A stretch of 55,316 bases of DNA, filler included, from Sphacelaria rigidula (GCA_964200075.2; 6 parts of 6 records of this genome joined end to end with filler, not necessarily neighbours in it); one strand, 5' to 3'. Positions 1-13,131 are shown, numbered from the whole stretch's first letter. Made by a program: numbers and translations. Notes: generated from the sequence alone by a model not told the origin.

Positions 1-116
1 CCCGCGAAGGTGGAAGCCCCCCCCCCCCTCCCCTTTTTTTGTGGTCCGCCCTTCCCCTCTTTTTTTTCCCCCCCCCCCCCCCCCCCCACCAATCCTGGGA
101 AATTCTGCGTCGTGAA

Positions 117-288
117 GGGAGCCCTGTCCTCGGATCCGGCGCATCGAGACACGTGGTGCAAGGAGGCGCTGTCAGCAAAGACGCTGGCTGGGGTGGCTAC
201 CATGATCTACAGCTTTGTGACTAGCGCCGCTAGCGTGCTGCCCATGCTGCACGAGCAGGACATGCAGGAGCGAGCGCTCGTCCAACAT
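117..288 (+). CDS. PWWP-domain protein, first visible exon (5' boundary uncertain; gene truncated by contig start)
   Basis: Reads GALSSDPAHRDTWCKEALSAKTLAGVATMIYSFVTSAASVLPMLHEQDMQERALVQH and ends at CAT|gtgcgt. Phase 0, compatible with the next exon. Upstream sequence is low-quality poly-C/T. Confidence 0.65.
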
Positions 289-739
289 GTGCGTGCGGCG
301 AGCAAAGAATCGGCCATAGCGTGAAACGTGCTGATCTTTGCATGTTTGAGGGTGGAGATGATAATGTTCAATGTGTCGTTGCGTGAGCTGCTGGTCAAGT
401 GCTGTTGGCTAGGAACATTCAGTTTCTTGTCTCCTTGTTGTCTCAACATGTTGCGAGCTGTGGATGGTCATATCATGTGTGCTTCTGCGTGCGCTACCTG
501 TGCCACTGATGGTGCTGTGGGCTACGATTTTTTGGTTGTCTTTTGGTTATCTTTTTGTCGCGCCCCTCTTTTGGTGAGGATGGGTGTATGGTTGTGGCAG
601 TGTTGTGGTAAAACCGCCTTGTGCGAGTCTCGAGTTCTCTTGTCCTGGGCCAGATCTCCATACTGTCTGGCTTCCAGCTTGCTTTTGTGGCCCTTTTGTA
701 CGTGCTCACCCTCAGTTGTCACCCTGCGTCTTTTTCCAG

Positions 740-865
740 GATCTGGCGGTGAACCAGGCATTGCACGTGCGGTGCTCCTCTACGGCCGAGATCGTCTGGG
801 CGCGTCTGCACGGATTCCCATGGTGGCCGGCAGTAGTGGTCAAGCCCGACGGTGCTGGCTTCCTG
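740..865 (+). CDS. PWWP-domain protein exon (N-terminal half of PWWP domain)
   Basis: tttttccag acceptor; 42 codons including IVWARLHGFPWWPAVVV, the canonical PWWP motif; ends at GC donor CTG|gcaagt. Confidence 0.9.
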
Positions 866-1577
866 GCAAGTAACCTGAGCACCGTGCTGTTAGTACAGTA
901 GTTAGTACAGTAGTTAGTCATGCAGTTTTCCGTTCACAATCGGGTAGGTATAGCTGGAATATTTCGGGCCAGAAGCGGGCACGGCCTCAACTCAAACATA
1001 TCCCGTCTACTTTTCTGCCCTCTTGAGTAGTCAACGCAGTAGAATAGATTATCGTAGCGATGAACAGCCTCATGTACCTCTGTTTTGGACTTGCTTTCCA
1101 CCAGACGTGTACTGTAGTGCCTGATAGTGGACTGTTCGCGCAGGAAATGGTATATACCAGTTTGTGTCGGAAATTGTGCACCTATATCTGGGGATTCGCA
1201 AGAACGGCAAATTCTACGATCCTCTTTTTTTATTCTTATATAACCCGAACCTTCACACGGACTCAAAGCCCAACTGCCACCAGTAGATCCTACCTTGTGT
1301 GGTTTCGTCGGAGCGCAATCTTCGTTATCTGCTTTTTTTGCCGGACGCTAAACTAAACTCTGGTGACTACACGTATAGTAGCTCTTGGGTTTGACTCAGC
1401 GGACCTGATGAAAGATCGCCCGTCTTCCGATCTACGTCGCTGTTTAGTGGCCGGTACCTTGTATGGCCCGAGAGGGATGCAGGTGGTGCGTATCGGGTCG
1501 CGTCGTTGTTCGTTTTGTTTATTTTATTTCTTTGGTATCTTCGCGCTTTCGATTTGTGTGCCTTCGGTGCCGTTCAG

Positions 1578-1739
1578 CGAAGCCTCGAGGAATCGGGCGA
1601 CCGCCTGGTGGCTTTCATGGACGAAAATGAGCAGTATCGCGTCAAGTATCGCTTCTGCAAGCCCTTCATCGGGACCAGTCAAGACGAGATCATGCGCAGA
1701 GTCAGCCGTGGTAACAAAAGGATGGCCAAGGCTCTCAAG
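1578..1739 (+). CDS. PWWP-domain protein exon (C-terminal half of PWWP domain)
   Basis: gttcag acceptor; RSLEESGDRLVAFMDENEQYRVKYRFCKPF...KRMAKALK resembles the PWWP 'LV.FF...Y..V....LKPF' region plus terminal helix; donor AAG|gtgtgt; 54 codons. Confidence 0.85.
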
Positions 1740-2089
1740 GTGTGTGTCATGAAACGCAGGCAAGATGGTGCTAGCGGGCAGGGGGAACTTGCCGGTTGAC
1801 AAAAGTATTTGACTTTACCCTGTCCACCCAGAAGCCGAATTGGCCACGACTGGCTCAACCCTGTGACTCAGATTCATCCTCATCCTGCATGACACAGGGG
1901 GACTTTAATAGCACGTCTTTGTAGCTCGATCTTGTTGTTTTGGGTGCCGCTGTGACTGATATTGCGGAGAACAACGCAGCTCGGTGCACCTCATCACTTT
2001 TTGCACGGCTCAACGTGTACTTTGCTCACGTATCATATCTGTTCTGCTCATGTGATCGTCAGTCGCGCATTTCATGCCGCCATAGTTGT

Positions 2090-2270
2090 TGGGTTTTTTT
2101 CACGACTTTGTCTGCTATGTCGTTCTGTTCGACCTTCCTTTTTTTTTCTGTTCCTTCTTTTTCTCAGAGCATGTTTCAGTTTCGTTTTTGTTGGGTACGT
2201 CTACCATGAGACCACGGCTGGACCCCTGGGGGGTCAGTTAAAGTGCGACAATCAATCAATCAAATCAATC
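2090..2270 (+). repeat. SINE-like interspersed repeat family A (T-rich body ending ACCACGGCTGGACCCCTGGGGGTCAGTTAAAGTGCG-(AATC)n)
   Basis: Related copies at about 4460-4687, 12773-12835 and 14230-14445; shared 3' end, usually with a microsatellite tail. Confidence 0.75.
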
Positions 2271-2949
2271 ATAGCCGACGGTTGCGTGATTCATGTCGGA
2301 TGTACCCCATGGGTGTGATGACCTGCACTCGTCTCCCTTCGATGTCGACCGTTTTTACGCGATCAGACCATGATCTACGCTCTCAACTGACAGCCGCAAG
2401 TCGACCCCACCTCATCCGCTCACATGTCTCCAGCCTCTTTTTCAGCTTTTGAGGAATGTTTGCAAGTCCTCCCCATCTTCGCTCCCTCGGCCTCCGATCA
2501 CCACGCATCCAGGGCACAAACAACACGTGGATGTTTTTGCGACACGTGAGGAGAAACATGCGTTTTTCCACACCAAGTAGTGGGGCATATGCTGCGGGGA
2601 ACTCCGCCAACAATTTGTTTAGTCGTTCCCAAATCAGTGTTCGAGTATCTCACGTTTCACCGAGGCACACATCATGGTTGATACCATCGTTGCACACTAT
2701 TCCATAAGCTGGGCAACCAGGTTACCGGGGTTCGTTCGCTTGCGTTTTCTTTGCGGTAACTGATGGTGGCCGAGTTGGATCATTTTTTGTGAAGTCGAGA
2801 ACGCCCACTCTGCGCAAAGGGGGTGATCATACTACCTAGTGTTACATGGTGAGACACCAACGAGGCAGCGTAACCTGCGGCTGTCTCTGGAAGTGGTGAT
2901 TCAGGGAAATGAAGCAACTCATTGTAGGTTATCATCCACATCCATGATG

Positions 2950-3150
2950 ATTGGTACGCTTCGGGCCGAATAATTTTAGCAAGATGCAGCTCACCCTTCA
3001 TGCGACTCGTCAAACACATCACGGCGCTTCGCGCTTGATGATTGATTGCGAGCCTGGTCCGGCAAAAACCCGGCGTGCTCGGTCTCGGCTTCGTAGGGAT
3101 GCGAGGTTAATGGTCTCACGACTACGGCATGCAAGATTACGAGTACACCC
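2950..3150 (+). repeat. Interspersed repeat family B (~200 bp)
   Basis: Similar copies at about 10930-11135 and 21320-21525, plus a reverse-complement fragment at 9068-9137 that ends at the contig break. Confidence 0.85.
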
Positions 3151-3239
3151 TTCCCTCCGGCCTCCCCTTTCGTTTCGTTTTGTTTCGTTTCCCATCATCT
3201 GCCCCCCCCCCCCCCCCCCCCCTAATAAATACGAAGCAG

Positions 3240-3647
3240 ATGGCCTTGAAGGGATTGTGCATCGCCCACAAATCCCTGGGACCGGAGCGCGACCCCAACG
3301 CCCCAGCCAATCGCCCCCAGTTTTACGATCCAGAGCCAGAGCCTACTAGTACCACTGCCACGGCCACCGCGAGTGTTGAAAATCCTCCCGCCCCCGCCGG
3401 CCCTACACCCACCACCAGCAAAGCCGCTGCACCCGAGGGAGTTTCCGCGACACGTGCTGCGGAAATTTCCGCGACCCTCGCAGAACCCGAAGTTTCCCCG
3501 CACCCTGTCGTCCAGCGGGTTGTTGAGGACGGTTGGAGGGTTCGCGGATTGGAAGCGGATAGTCGGTCGGGGGCGGCGGTACGGGAACAGGGTGCGGGGG
3601 GTAAAAGGAAGACCCCTCCGGTTGTTGTTGCTGCTTCTGCGAGCAGG
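3240..3647 (+). CDS. PWWP-domain protein exon (Pro/Ala/Thr-rich linker)
   Basis: aagcag acceptor after a poly-C tract and ctaat; 136 open codons MALKGLCIAHK...SASR; donor AGG|gtgagg; phase 0. Confidence 0.75.
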
Positions 3648-4154
3648 GTGAGGGTAGGTCATTTTATTCCGTTTGTTTTACTCGTGATTATTGCGTGTAT
3701 ACGGTTGCGTATGACGCCTCACTGCATTTACTCGTGTATGTGTGAGAGTGTTTGTTCTGTGCATGCGTGTTTGTACCGTGGAGGAGGGGCAGAGGGATGG
3801 TGTTCGTGCTAGTCAATCAGGTGCTCTGCATGGTTGGGTGGTTGGTTTACTGGTTTGGTTGGGTTGGTTTGTTTGTTGCGGGCATCTGCAGATTTTCCCA
3901 CCGTTCCCACAGTACGTGGTATAGGATAGGATGAATTGCAAGTCAAAATGATGCCGATTCGCAAAAACAGAAATCGGCACTGGGTTCCCAAAGGGTTGCA
4001 TCTACGTCACACCACCAGTGAATGGCCGTTTTCACGTTTCAACACATTTTGTACAAATGTAGGTGCAATACAAAGCTGCAACGCGCGCCTCTCGCGTTCC
4101 GCCGGCCACCGCATATGATCGTTTTCCTCGTGTTGTCATTTTCCGTCTCCGTAG

Positions 4155-4331
4155 AAACGGAAGGGCGGGAGGGGGTGCAATGAGACGCCCGCAAGGAGTC
4201 ATAAGCGCAAGTCTCCGCCGAGCGAAAGGGCATCGCCAGCCGGAGAGCGACAGTCATCGCGCAAAAAGAAACTTTCTGCGGTGGCCCAGGAGGCCATGGC
4301 CAGCGGTTCGATCAAGCTCCCGTTCATGAAG
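4155..4331 (+). CDS. PWWP-domain protein exon (basic, NLS-like)
   Basis: ttttccgtctccgtag acceptor; KRKGGRG...HKRKSPP...SRKKKL...LPFMK; donor AAG|gtgcgt; 59 codons, phase 0. Confidence 0.75.
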
Positions 4332-5231
4332 GTGCGTGGGGAGCGCAAAATACCCGCCACAGGGTTGTTGTGGTGTGAAGTTGAACCGTTGCCTCCTGTG
4401 GTTTTTCATGCAAGAGAGGTATCTCCTCTTTACTTTCCTCTTCTTGAACTTTTTTTTTTTTCGTTTTAGGTCGCCCATTTCTTTCTGCGCTTTGCTTTCG
4501 TTGTTTTTATTGTTATTTTTTTTCACATCTTGGTCTACTTTGTCGTTCTGTTCGACTTCTTTTTTTTTCTGTACCTTTTTTTCTTCAGCGAGTGTTTCAG
4601 TCTTGTTTTTGTTGGGTACGTCTATCATGACACCACGGCTGGACCCCTGGGGGGTCAGTTAAAGTGCGGCAATCAATCAATCAATCAGAGGCGCATGCAG
4701 GGAAAAGTACAGAGGGTTTAATGTTTGTCGCGTAATACACGTTGTGCCTTGTAAGATGGATATGCTGAAACAATGGCAAAATATGTGGTTGCGGAGACAT
4801 CGAGACGTCGAGGGATGAACAAGTATGCGACCGTGAGGTATTTATTCCCTTTTTCAAGCAGATTTCGTTATCTTCTAGTAGCCCAGAAATCGAAATTTAT
4901 TTCTTCCTGGGCATACCGCAACTCATGCGTTGAACTTGTTCGAAGTGTCGTGTTTGAACGCGCCCCTCCCCGTTATTTCTGTCTGTGACCGTCAACACCA
5001 GTATGCCCACCTAAACGTGCTCCTTGAGACGCACCACCCCTCCTCTATGTAAGATCTTCCCCGAGACAGGTGGTGACGTTTTTTGGGTTGCTCTTTTGTA
5101 TTCGTTTGAATATGTGGATCTGCTCCGTCTCACATGGGATACGAAACAGTGCCAATGCAGTGATTTTTCAATCTACAAGGTACGTGCTGCGCTCCTCGTA
5201 TGTGTCTTTTCGGCCTGATTTCATTTTACAG

Positions 5232-8027
5232 GAGGCCGCTGGAAACATGGAAAAGGGCCCCAGTGACGATGGCGGCAGCGGCGGGGACGCGCGGGAACGT
5301 GTTCACTTTACGCGTCCATTTCGTTCGACGCCCCGGGTCCGCCACCCCGGGCGGGCAATCGCGAGGTTCTCTGGGTCCCTGGAACCCAATACCGGGTCGC
5401 GCCCATATGGCGAAGCCCACAGCAACCCCGCCGACGACAGGCGCAATATCGCCTCGTTCCCGCCCGGAGCAAAGAAGGAATGTGACGGGCAACCGGGGCA
5501 AAGGAGCGATGTGTGTGCCAGTGAGCTCGCGACAAGCCACCCTTTTAAAGTAAATGGAAGTTCCTCCAGCAGCGGCGGCGGTAAGGGTGGTAGCGGCAAG
5601 TGCTCGAGCGAGTCGGCTGCGAACGGGGGTCCTTTTGATCCCGTACCCGCCAACGCCGGCGCCGTAGCCCCAGCTGCCATCGCCATGACACCTGTCCGAT
5701 ACCTTGGCCGCCAGCAACAATCAAGAACGTATGCCTCTCAATCTGCGGAGCGAGCGATAGTGGATGTGCGCGGCGGTAAAGGGGAGCTGAAGGACGGCCG
5801 AGTGGTGACTGAGCGCAGAGTTGACGGGGCTAGGAACAGGGGTAAAGCATCGCTCCTTCAGGCTGATAGCAGCGACGCCGGCGGCGCAGATCGGAGGAAT
5901 CCGCGGCAGTTGCCGCCTGCCGGGTTGCCTGGAACGGTCAACAATCACGGCAAACACACCTCGTACAAAAATAGTCGTCGACAATCGAAAGGTTCGGGCC
6001 CACTGCAGCCACATCGAGGATCGAGGCACCGGGCGAGGCAGCCGACGACAGCGACGGCCGACGCAGCAGCCGCAGCCAGCAGACGACGCAGGTCTCCCGG
6101 CGGCCAAATTTTCCATTCTCCGCGAGACGCCGCGGTGACCGTCGTTGTGGATAGAGATGCCTTGATTGCACAACCCGGCGGTAGTGGCCGCGGTGGCGCA
6201 AAACACTTGTTCGGCAGGATTCCGTCGCCGAGGGTGGAGCAGGGCGCCGGCATCGCCGTTGCTGCCGAAGGACGTCCTCCATGGATGGGTGATCCGATCG
6301 GGGTGGCAGGGGGTGTTCGTGGTGTGTTACCAGACCGAATGGGTTTGTTCGGAGATGCGGGTAGCGGGGGCGTGGTAGAAGCCGGCGGCTCCGCCTCGGC
6401 AGGGGATCCGCTTGGCGATAGTTTCGACGATGGCTTGTTGACGGCTTCTATCGCCGGGAAAGATATCGGCAGATTTGGGCAGCGTAGGCAGCCAGGATGG
6501 TCCCGGAGTTCGCACAGTCAGGATTTACAGCTGGCGCAAAATCGGGCTCAGCAGCAAAGGCAGCTCGAGCTGCAGAAGGAGCACTCGCTAGATGAGCTAC
6601 TTGGTATGGACACGGGACCCGGAGGGGACGAAGGTATCGGTCCTATTGGACCCCCGTCGGTGCCGTTCATGTCGTCGTTACTAGGGATCGAGGCAGGCGG
6701 AGATGTTGATACTGAAAGCCTGGGTGTTGAGGTTGGGGTTGGTGGCGGTGTTGGTCTTGGTGGTGGTGGGCAGAAGCTGTCCTACACACAGAAGCTGCAG
6801 AAAAAGCAGCTGAGGCGCCAACGGCAGCGGCAGCAGTTGCAATGGCAAGCGCAGCAGCAGCAGCAACAGCAACAACAACAACAGCAACAACAACAGTTAC
6901 ACCAGTACTCCCACCAACACCTGACGGCCGCTCAACGTCTGCAGCAGTGCCCATTCCCCACGCTCGCAAGGCCCATCGGCATCGGCAGCAGCAACCACAT
7001 CGTCAATGCCGGGGGGACCCCGCGGGATTGCAGCGGTAGTGGAAGCTTCTCAACAACGCCAATCGTATCGACTTCAGTCACGGAGCCGGAACTGCTTGCA
7101 CCCTTGTCATCACCCGCGACGACGACGGGCTTGCCAACAGGCGTGCTCAAATCCGCCTGCCGCGGGCACCTGCCGTCCACCGGTCATGCATCCATGCGCC
7201 GGGCGCACCACCGTCATGGGCAGCACGGCGGCGGCGGCAAGTACGGGGTACACGACGGTGGGCTAGGCATAGGACTGGACCTTTCCTCAAGCCCGCCCTT
7301 ATCAATATTTCCTCCATTTAAACCCTCGCAACACCAGCAGCACCAGTCCCTGGTGCTCACCCCATCCAGCGCACCGGCGGCGGCGGGCGGGGCTGTGGGA
7401 GTGTTGGCGTCACCGTTGGTGGGCAGAGCACTCGACGACGGCTTGCCCACTATGCCGTTGCCCACGTTGGGGCTAGGCTTGCTAGATCCAGGAGGAGCAG
7501 CAGAAAGCAGCAGCGGCGGTCGCGGAGAAGCACAGCAGCAGCAGGACCAAACTCTGGCCGTGAGTACTGGCCTCGGGCATCAGGACAGTGGGTACAGCGA
7601 CACCGCCTCCGCGCTGCGTGCCGCGCTTGACCCAATCGCGCCCGTTACAGGGATGCCGCGTGACGGGGGCGGGTTGACCGATGTTTTGTCAGTGCTAGAC
7701 CTTGAGCCCGGTCCACAACAACCGCAGCAGCAACAGTTGGGGGTGTTCGGGCAACTACAGGGCACTGAAGAAGTGTCTCCCACCGCCAGGGTCCATAGCA
7801 GCTCTAGACTTGAGAATTCGCCGCAGGATCTTGTCAGGCAGACAGCTGGAGGGCTTGCTGATTTGGGGATGGAGTTAGGGCTTGGCGTGACGTCGGATTT
7901 AAATAACATAAACGCCGAGTCGCCGTTCAATCAGGATTTGTCTGTTGGCCAGATGCCCTCGGCAGGGCAACAACAGCTGCCTTTTCTTCAGCCTCAGCGA
8001 CGGCCACAGCAGCAGCGACCGCAGCAG
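5232..8027 (+). CDS. PWWP-domain protein, 2.8-kb exon encoding a low-complexity Gly/Ser/Gln-rich region with polyQ
   Basis: tcattttacag acceptor; 932 open codons within ORF 5070-8273; GC-rich coding-like composition; CAG/CAA tract at about 6852-6896; donor CAG|gtgtgt. Confidence 0.85.
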
Positions 8028-8483
8028 GTGTGTGTGTGCTTACGTGTGGGTTCGCTGGTGGAGGTGGCGGTTTGGAATGGTGATGAATGCTTTCTTCATG
8101 CTTATTGGTTATTCGTTTTCGTGCTCATGTCGAATTCGTGGAATCTTTTTGGACGTGCTCCGTGGGCGTTCGTTGCGCGTGTGGGGATGTTGTCTTTGGC
8201 CGTCGGATTTTCTCTTGTCTGGAGATTGGGGGGCGGGTTGGAGGTTTTGTTGTTGAATTTCGTGCCAGCATGATGATAGCAATGGATACTCGGACTCGTT
8301 TCATGTTGTACCAAGCACCGACATGCATACCCACTACAGTCAACCTCTCAGATGGCACTGTGCGTCACGTGTTTGAGTGTGGTGTAAGGTACAGTGGAAG
8401 AGGCGCTTGATGACCAGCCCCTCCCCCGTTCCCCCTGCCCCCCCCCCCCACACACACACACAAATTTACTGTTGCATCAACAG

Positions 8484-8633
8484 CTCGATCCTTTTCAGGG
8501 GGACTTCCAGCAAGCATCGATGATGGAGTCAGCCCTGACGCCGCCGTCGACCGTGGGTTTTGGCGAGTTTTCTGGTGGAGCAGGCGGAGCTGTTTTCGGG
8601 AGGATGGTGCGGCAGGCTGAGGGCAGTCGCTAG
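8484..8633 (+). CDS. PWWP-domain protein terminal exon
   Basis: catcaacag acceptor; LDPFQGDFQQASMMES...EGSR then TAG at 8631-8633; in frame with the previous exon. Confidence 0.7.
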   Translation, partial: LDPFQGDFQQASMMESALTPPSTVGFGEFSGGAGGAVFGRMVRQAEGSR

Positions 8634-9137
8634 CTTCTAACTTTTTTTTCCGGTTTTCCTGTCGATATGCTTCAACCATGCTGTCGCAGTCGCATCGCTA
8701 CTATCGTGCGGTCGGTCGCCAGACAAGTCTGACCGCTCTGCCATCAGACTCCGCCTTTGACCATGGGTTTTTCCGTATTTGCCGGCGGTCCTGCCGAGTC
8801 GTATTCTGGAGGGACCTGACTTGCGGTAGGCTGATGAGCGTTGCAACAAAGGTTTTTTTCTTGTCGGCTTGATGTGATCTTACAGTCGCAGGGCAATTGC
8901 CGTGCAGTCGTTCGCCAGACAGGTATGACCGTTCTGCCATCGGACTCCGAACTAATATTCGTGCCTACTTGGCGGTCGGGCTTCCACCTAGTGGATTTTG
9001 ACCGCGCTGTAGTGGGACCACGATACTATCGCTGGAAACTGAGGTGCAACGATTGTGATGCAGTTTGGGGGGGGTGTACTCATGATCATGCTTGCCATAG
9101 TAATAAGACCATTGACCTCGCATCCCTACAAAGCCGG

Positions 9138-9237
9138 NNNNNNNNNNNNNNNNNNNNNNNNNNNNNNNNNNNNNNNNNNNNTTAATTAATTAANNNNNNN
9201 NNNNNNNNNNNNNNNNNNNNNNNNNNNNNNNNNNNNN
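9138..9237. other. Artificial contig-join spacer N44-TTAATTAATTAA-N44 (also 18375-18474, 27611-27710, 36847-36946, 46082-46181)
   Basis: Identical 100-bp spacer five times, with stops in all six frames; flanking contigs decrease in length from 9137 to 9135. Confidence 0.97.
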
Positions 9238-10398
9238 TGGGGTGCTTTATACGATTACTTAGTGTTGGGAGGCGTTGTGTGGGTGGTGGGTGGGGGGGGG
9301 GGGGTGCTTACTCATTTGTTGCTTGCCTTAGTCGTTTGGCCATTGACCAGGGGGGGAAATATGACAAAAAAAGGCAAACATACCTTATTCGTGTACGCAT
9401 ACCTCTTCCAGCATAATGGCAACGCGGGAGTTGATGAAGAGATGGACAGATTTTTGCATAGCAGAAACCCCACCCATAATCGTGGGTGACGAATACGTGA
9501 AGCATAGTACTAGTCCAAATTGGAACCGGTCCACGCACTGCCAATACCTCGGCGATCGCACCACATCCCGTCCGCTCTGAAGCGTCAAGCGGCCTCGGGT
9601 CAGGCTAGTCTTGCAGTCGGAGACCACATGGGGAAGCTCTACTATTGTTCCTATTTCGTTACTTTCTGATAACGTATTTACAACAGAACTATTCCGTTTT
9701 TTTCTAACCCTGGTGTACAGGTACGCAATTCCACGGCCTGAGTCGCACATAGGGAGGGTGGGTCACACGTGTACACTATTTAACTGGTACACATGTGCAA
9801 CGACTGTAGATTTTTGTCGCAAGAGAAGTCCAGAGGGGTAAATACACCTGCTTCTTGAACGCGCATCGAAATCGGAATATAAAACAGATACATATAAGTT
9901 AGGCCTGTGGACGGCGGGCGTGGCTTATCTAACCCGGTTCGGTGTGGGTGGGTGTGTACGTTGTAGATTGTCACTCGGTGTACGAGTACGGTGCGTGCAG
10001 GGACGCGGCGTGGACTTGGACTGGATAAGCTCCGCAGAGCAGAGCTTGGGAGAAGGATAGGACTGAGCGACGGTGGGTGCTTGACGGGGCACCCTACGTG
10101 AGCAGTATGACCGTAGCCTGGACTGGAGCTTGGAGGATGACAGTCCCGGGGTTGACAGGGCGGTCCAGGTTGACGTGCCCGTTGTTGTTAGTAAGCGATT
10201 CGGTTCATATAGAGATCAATAATTAGATATGTATACCCTGCAGCCAGTAATCACGATCTTCAATGAGGAGTTCCGGGTAAAAGGCGTGAGTCATCAGCTC
10301 GCATTGACCACCCACATGCATGCACCCTTCGTCCCTTGCACTTCCACCCGACGCTCATGAGTGCATGCACGCGCACGACTGTATGTAGTTACTCTCAC

Positions 10399-10602
10399 CA
10401 TCATTTCAATGGTTCTCTGGGGTAGGTCTTCCGTAGCAGCAGCCCCTCCGTTCCTCGCCAAAGCCTCCGCGGCTTTCGCTGCCTCCTCCTCGGGATCAAG
10501 AATGCCGAGATACTCGCCTTTTCTGGACGCCAGCCAGTCTGCCACGGCGCGCCCTATAGTGAGGGATTCGCTCCAGTCGAAGGACAAGCAGTTCGCTACT
10601 TC
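10399..10602 (-). CDS. Uncharacterised conserved protein, exon 3 (further exons not found before the contig end)
   Basis: gcacgcag acceptor; EVANCLSFDWSESLTIGRAVADWLASRKGEYLGIL... continues the motif in frame; donor ATG|gtgaga; 68 codons. Confidence 0.8.
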
Positions 10603-12869
10603 CTGCGTGCCCCGTCGTCGTGCAGCATGTACATACGTGAAAAAACAAATACAAGTATCACAACAAACGAAGTGCGCCGATACATACAAGAGAGGAGGAG
10701 GGAGGGTAAGTAAGGCTACTCGACTACGTCAATGACGCTCAGCTGTCATCGCTATTACAATATACTAACGTGCCCCCCCCCCCCCACATACACACCAAAA
10801 TGAGTACGCCCCCCCCCACATACACACACCGAGATGATGAGGCACCCATGATGCAGTATGGAACCTATGGTTGTCTGTGAAAGTGGCGATACCAGACTCA
10901 TTGTGGGCTTTCACCCATACGCAAGATAATCAGTAGGCTTCAGGCCGACGAATCTTAGCAGGATGCAGCGCACCGTTCATGCCACTCGCCGAATACACCA
11001 CGGCGCTTCGCGCTTGGTGCTTGATTGCGAGCTTGGTCCGGCGAAAACCCGGCGTGCTCCGTCCCGGCTTTGTAGGGATGCGGGATCAATGGTCGTACGA
11101 ATACGGCATGCAAGATCATCATGAGTACACCCCCCCCCCCTCCCCCCTAAGTGAACGCGTGAGATTCCGTAGGGACTATTCGGGTGTGGTAAAAGCTAGT
11201 GTTGCTCATGACGAGATGGTCTCGTTCGAGAGCAAGATGAGGACGCGATTTGAACCAAGAGATCTTAGCAAACATTGCCGGCCCCGAATTACAGAAGGAC
11301 ACAGTCACGGACGGCGTACCACTCGACGACGAGGACGTTCGACACAAGGAGAAGCTCTAGTACACTTCTGATATGCTCAGTGGAGTACATGGCACGACAT
11401 GGGTGTAGCGACAGGTGGCTACATCTTGTTTTTTTGCGGGCACATTGCAGGTATCATTGCGGTAGGTATGCTCAGGTGTCAAATAATCTTCGATCCCTGA
11501 GTGATGATTACTGACTAAATCTAAACCGGTAAAAAACAAAGAGTGGTTAGGTTGGAGTTAAAGTCAGGGTTAGAGTTAGAAAAAGGGTAAAGTTTAGAGA
11601 TAGGACATACTGCTGGTCTTGATACAGAGCGCCTAAGGGTGAGGGACTCTCTCTGTCGAATGACAAGTGGTTTGCTACGGGATAGGTCGCGCTAAGCGTA
11701 CACAAAGCCACACAGATCAAGGCCAAGGAAGGCAAACGGTGGGGGGGGGCACCGACCTGCCGTTTCGTGTTTAATGGCAAGCTTTGGGCAAAACTGTTGC
11801 TGTAGCGTCTCTCGCGGAGTCAAATGTCACGGGCACCACCGAACTAGCCGGAGAAACAAACAAACACGCCCGAGACGGACGAGAAGAAGGACGATACAGA
11901 GCACATCGCACCGTGCAACTAACTCGACCTTTCACGAACGTTATTGTACAGAAATCGACAGCATGGTGGTCGTTCCATCGGCCCTTCTGTGCCGAGTTTT
12001 CTCACAAGATACGAATTATTCAACCTCTTTTGTAGGAAGAAACAGCTGTTGACATGATATCTGAGCACGGTTGCTTTCTTTCTTCTTTCCCCTTATTTAA
12101 ATCCGAGGGTAGCGTAAATATTTATATAATCGCCGACCTAATATAAATTGGAGTGGCATGCCCCTGCAGGAAGAGCTCGCTGAACAACCACAGACTGTAA
12201 AAAAAAAGGAGAGACAAGACAAAACGATTAACACCAATAACGAAAGTCCTTGAAATCAGAAAAATAAAAAACCTCGCTCGTCCTTAGCTCCGGAGCTTGA
12301 GGCTAAAGGTTACGGTCCACTACGATTACACTGTGCTGTCGACGACACGCATTGCCACTTTTTCTCCAACACTGCGGGACGGACGAAACGCCGGGTGCCT
12401 TGAGAACTGCTTTTTCACAAGCCGGGCAACAAGCAAGCACCATACTGTATCATCACTCAGCACCATGTATTCGCCTCCCCAAAACCTCCGAGAAAAAGGT
12501 TCTTGATACTATCGACGCCCATGTCCGGTTGGTCTACGTGTGGTACGCTCGCCCATGCCCATGGGAAGTGTACAATATATTAGTGACAAGTTGCGCATCA
12601 CACAGAAAAATATAAGCTACAACAACAGGGTTCTTGCCGCTGTAACGACACGCTCGGCGGCCACGAGAAACTCCGTCATCTTAAAAGAGCAAGAACGAGA
12701 ACGAAGTAAAAAACAAAACTCAAGGGTAGTAGCAACATCAGCAACAGCAGAAAACAAAGACATACCATGTGGCCACGGCTGGATCCCTGGGGAGTCAGCT
12801 GAAGTGTGGCAATCGATCAATCGACCAATCAGTCAAAATCAAAGGTGAAAAACCACAATAAAAACCCAC

Positions 12870-13131
12870 CGCTGCCCACAACACCATGACCGGCGAGCGA
12901 TTGATCTTGATCCCGATGGTGGACAACTCCACCTCCGACAAAGCGCAGACCGGCGGTGCCGGCGCGCGCGCGGATTCCGGAACAGTCGCTGGCTTATCTT
13001 GCATTGCTTGTTTGGACTTTTTCCCGCCACCGCCTGCATCGCTGCCGGTCGGGTCCTCGCCGCCGGTGGCCGCTCGCTTCCTGCCTTTGCCCTTATTGAC
13101 GGGGCCGGATATCTTAGCACGGATCTTTTTG
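12870..13131 (-). CDS. Uncharacterised conserved protein, exon 2
   Basis: ttgaccggcag acceptor; KKIRAKISGPVNKGKGRKR...IKINRSPVMVLWAA; donor GCG|gtgggt. Confidence 0.8.

Noticed and set aside
5070-8273. 1067-aa single-exon ORF as a standalone gene
   Set aside because: Both ends read through T-rich intronic sequence; splice sites define an internal exon at 5232-8027.
9182-9193. TTAATTAATTAA palindrome as a regulatory or recombination site
   Set aside because: Assembly linker embedded in N runs.
9850-10265. Possible solo LTR
   Set aside because: No convincing TG...CA termini, TSD or second copy found.
11545-11600. Telomere-like TTAGGG-related repeats (also about 15300-15332)
   Set aside because: Short, highly degenerate and intronic; no evidence of a chromosome end.
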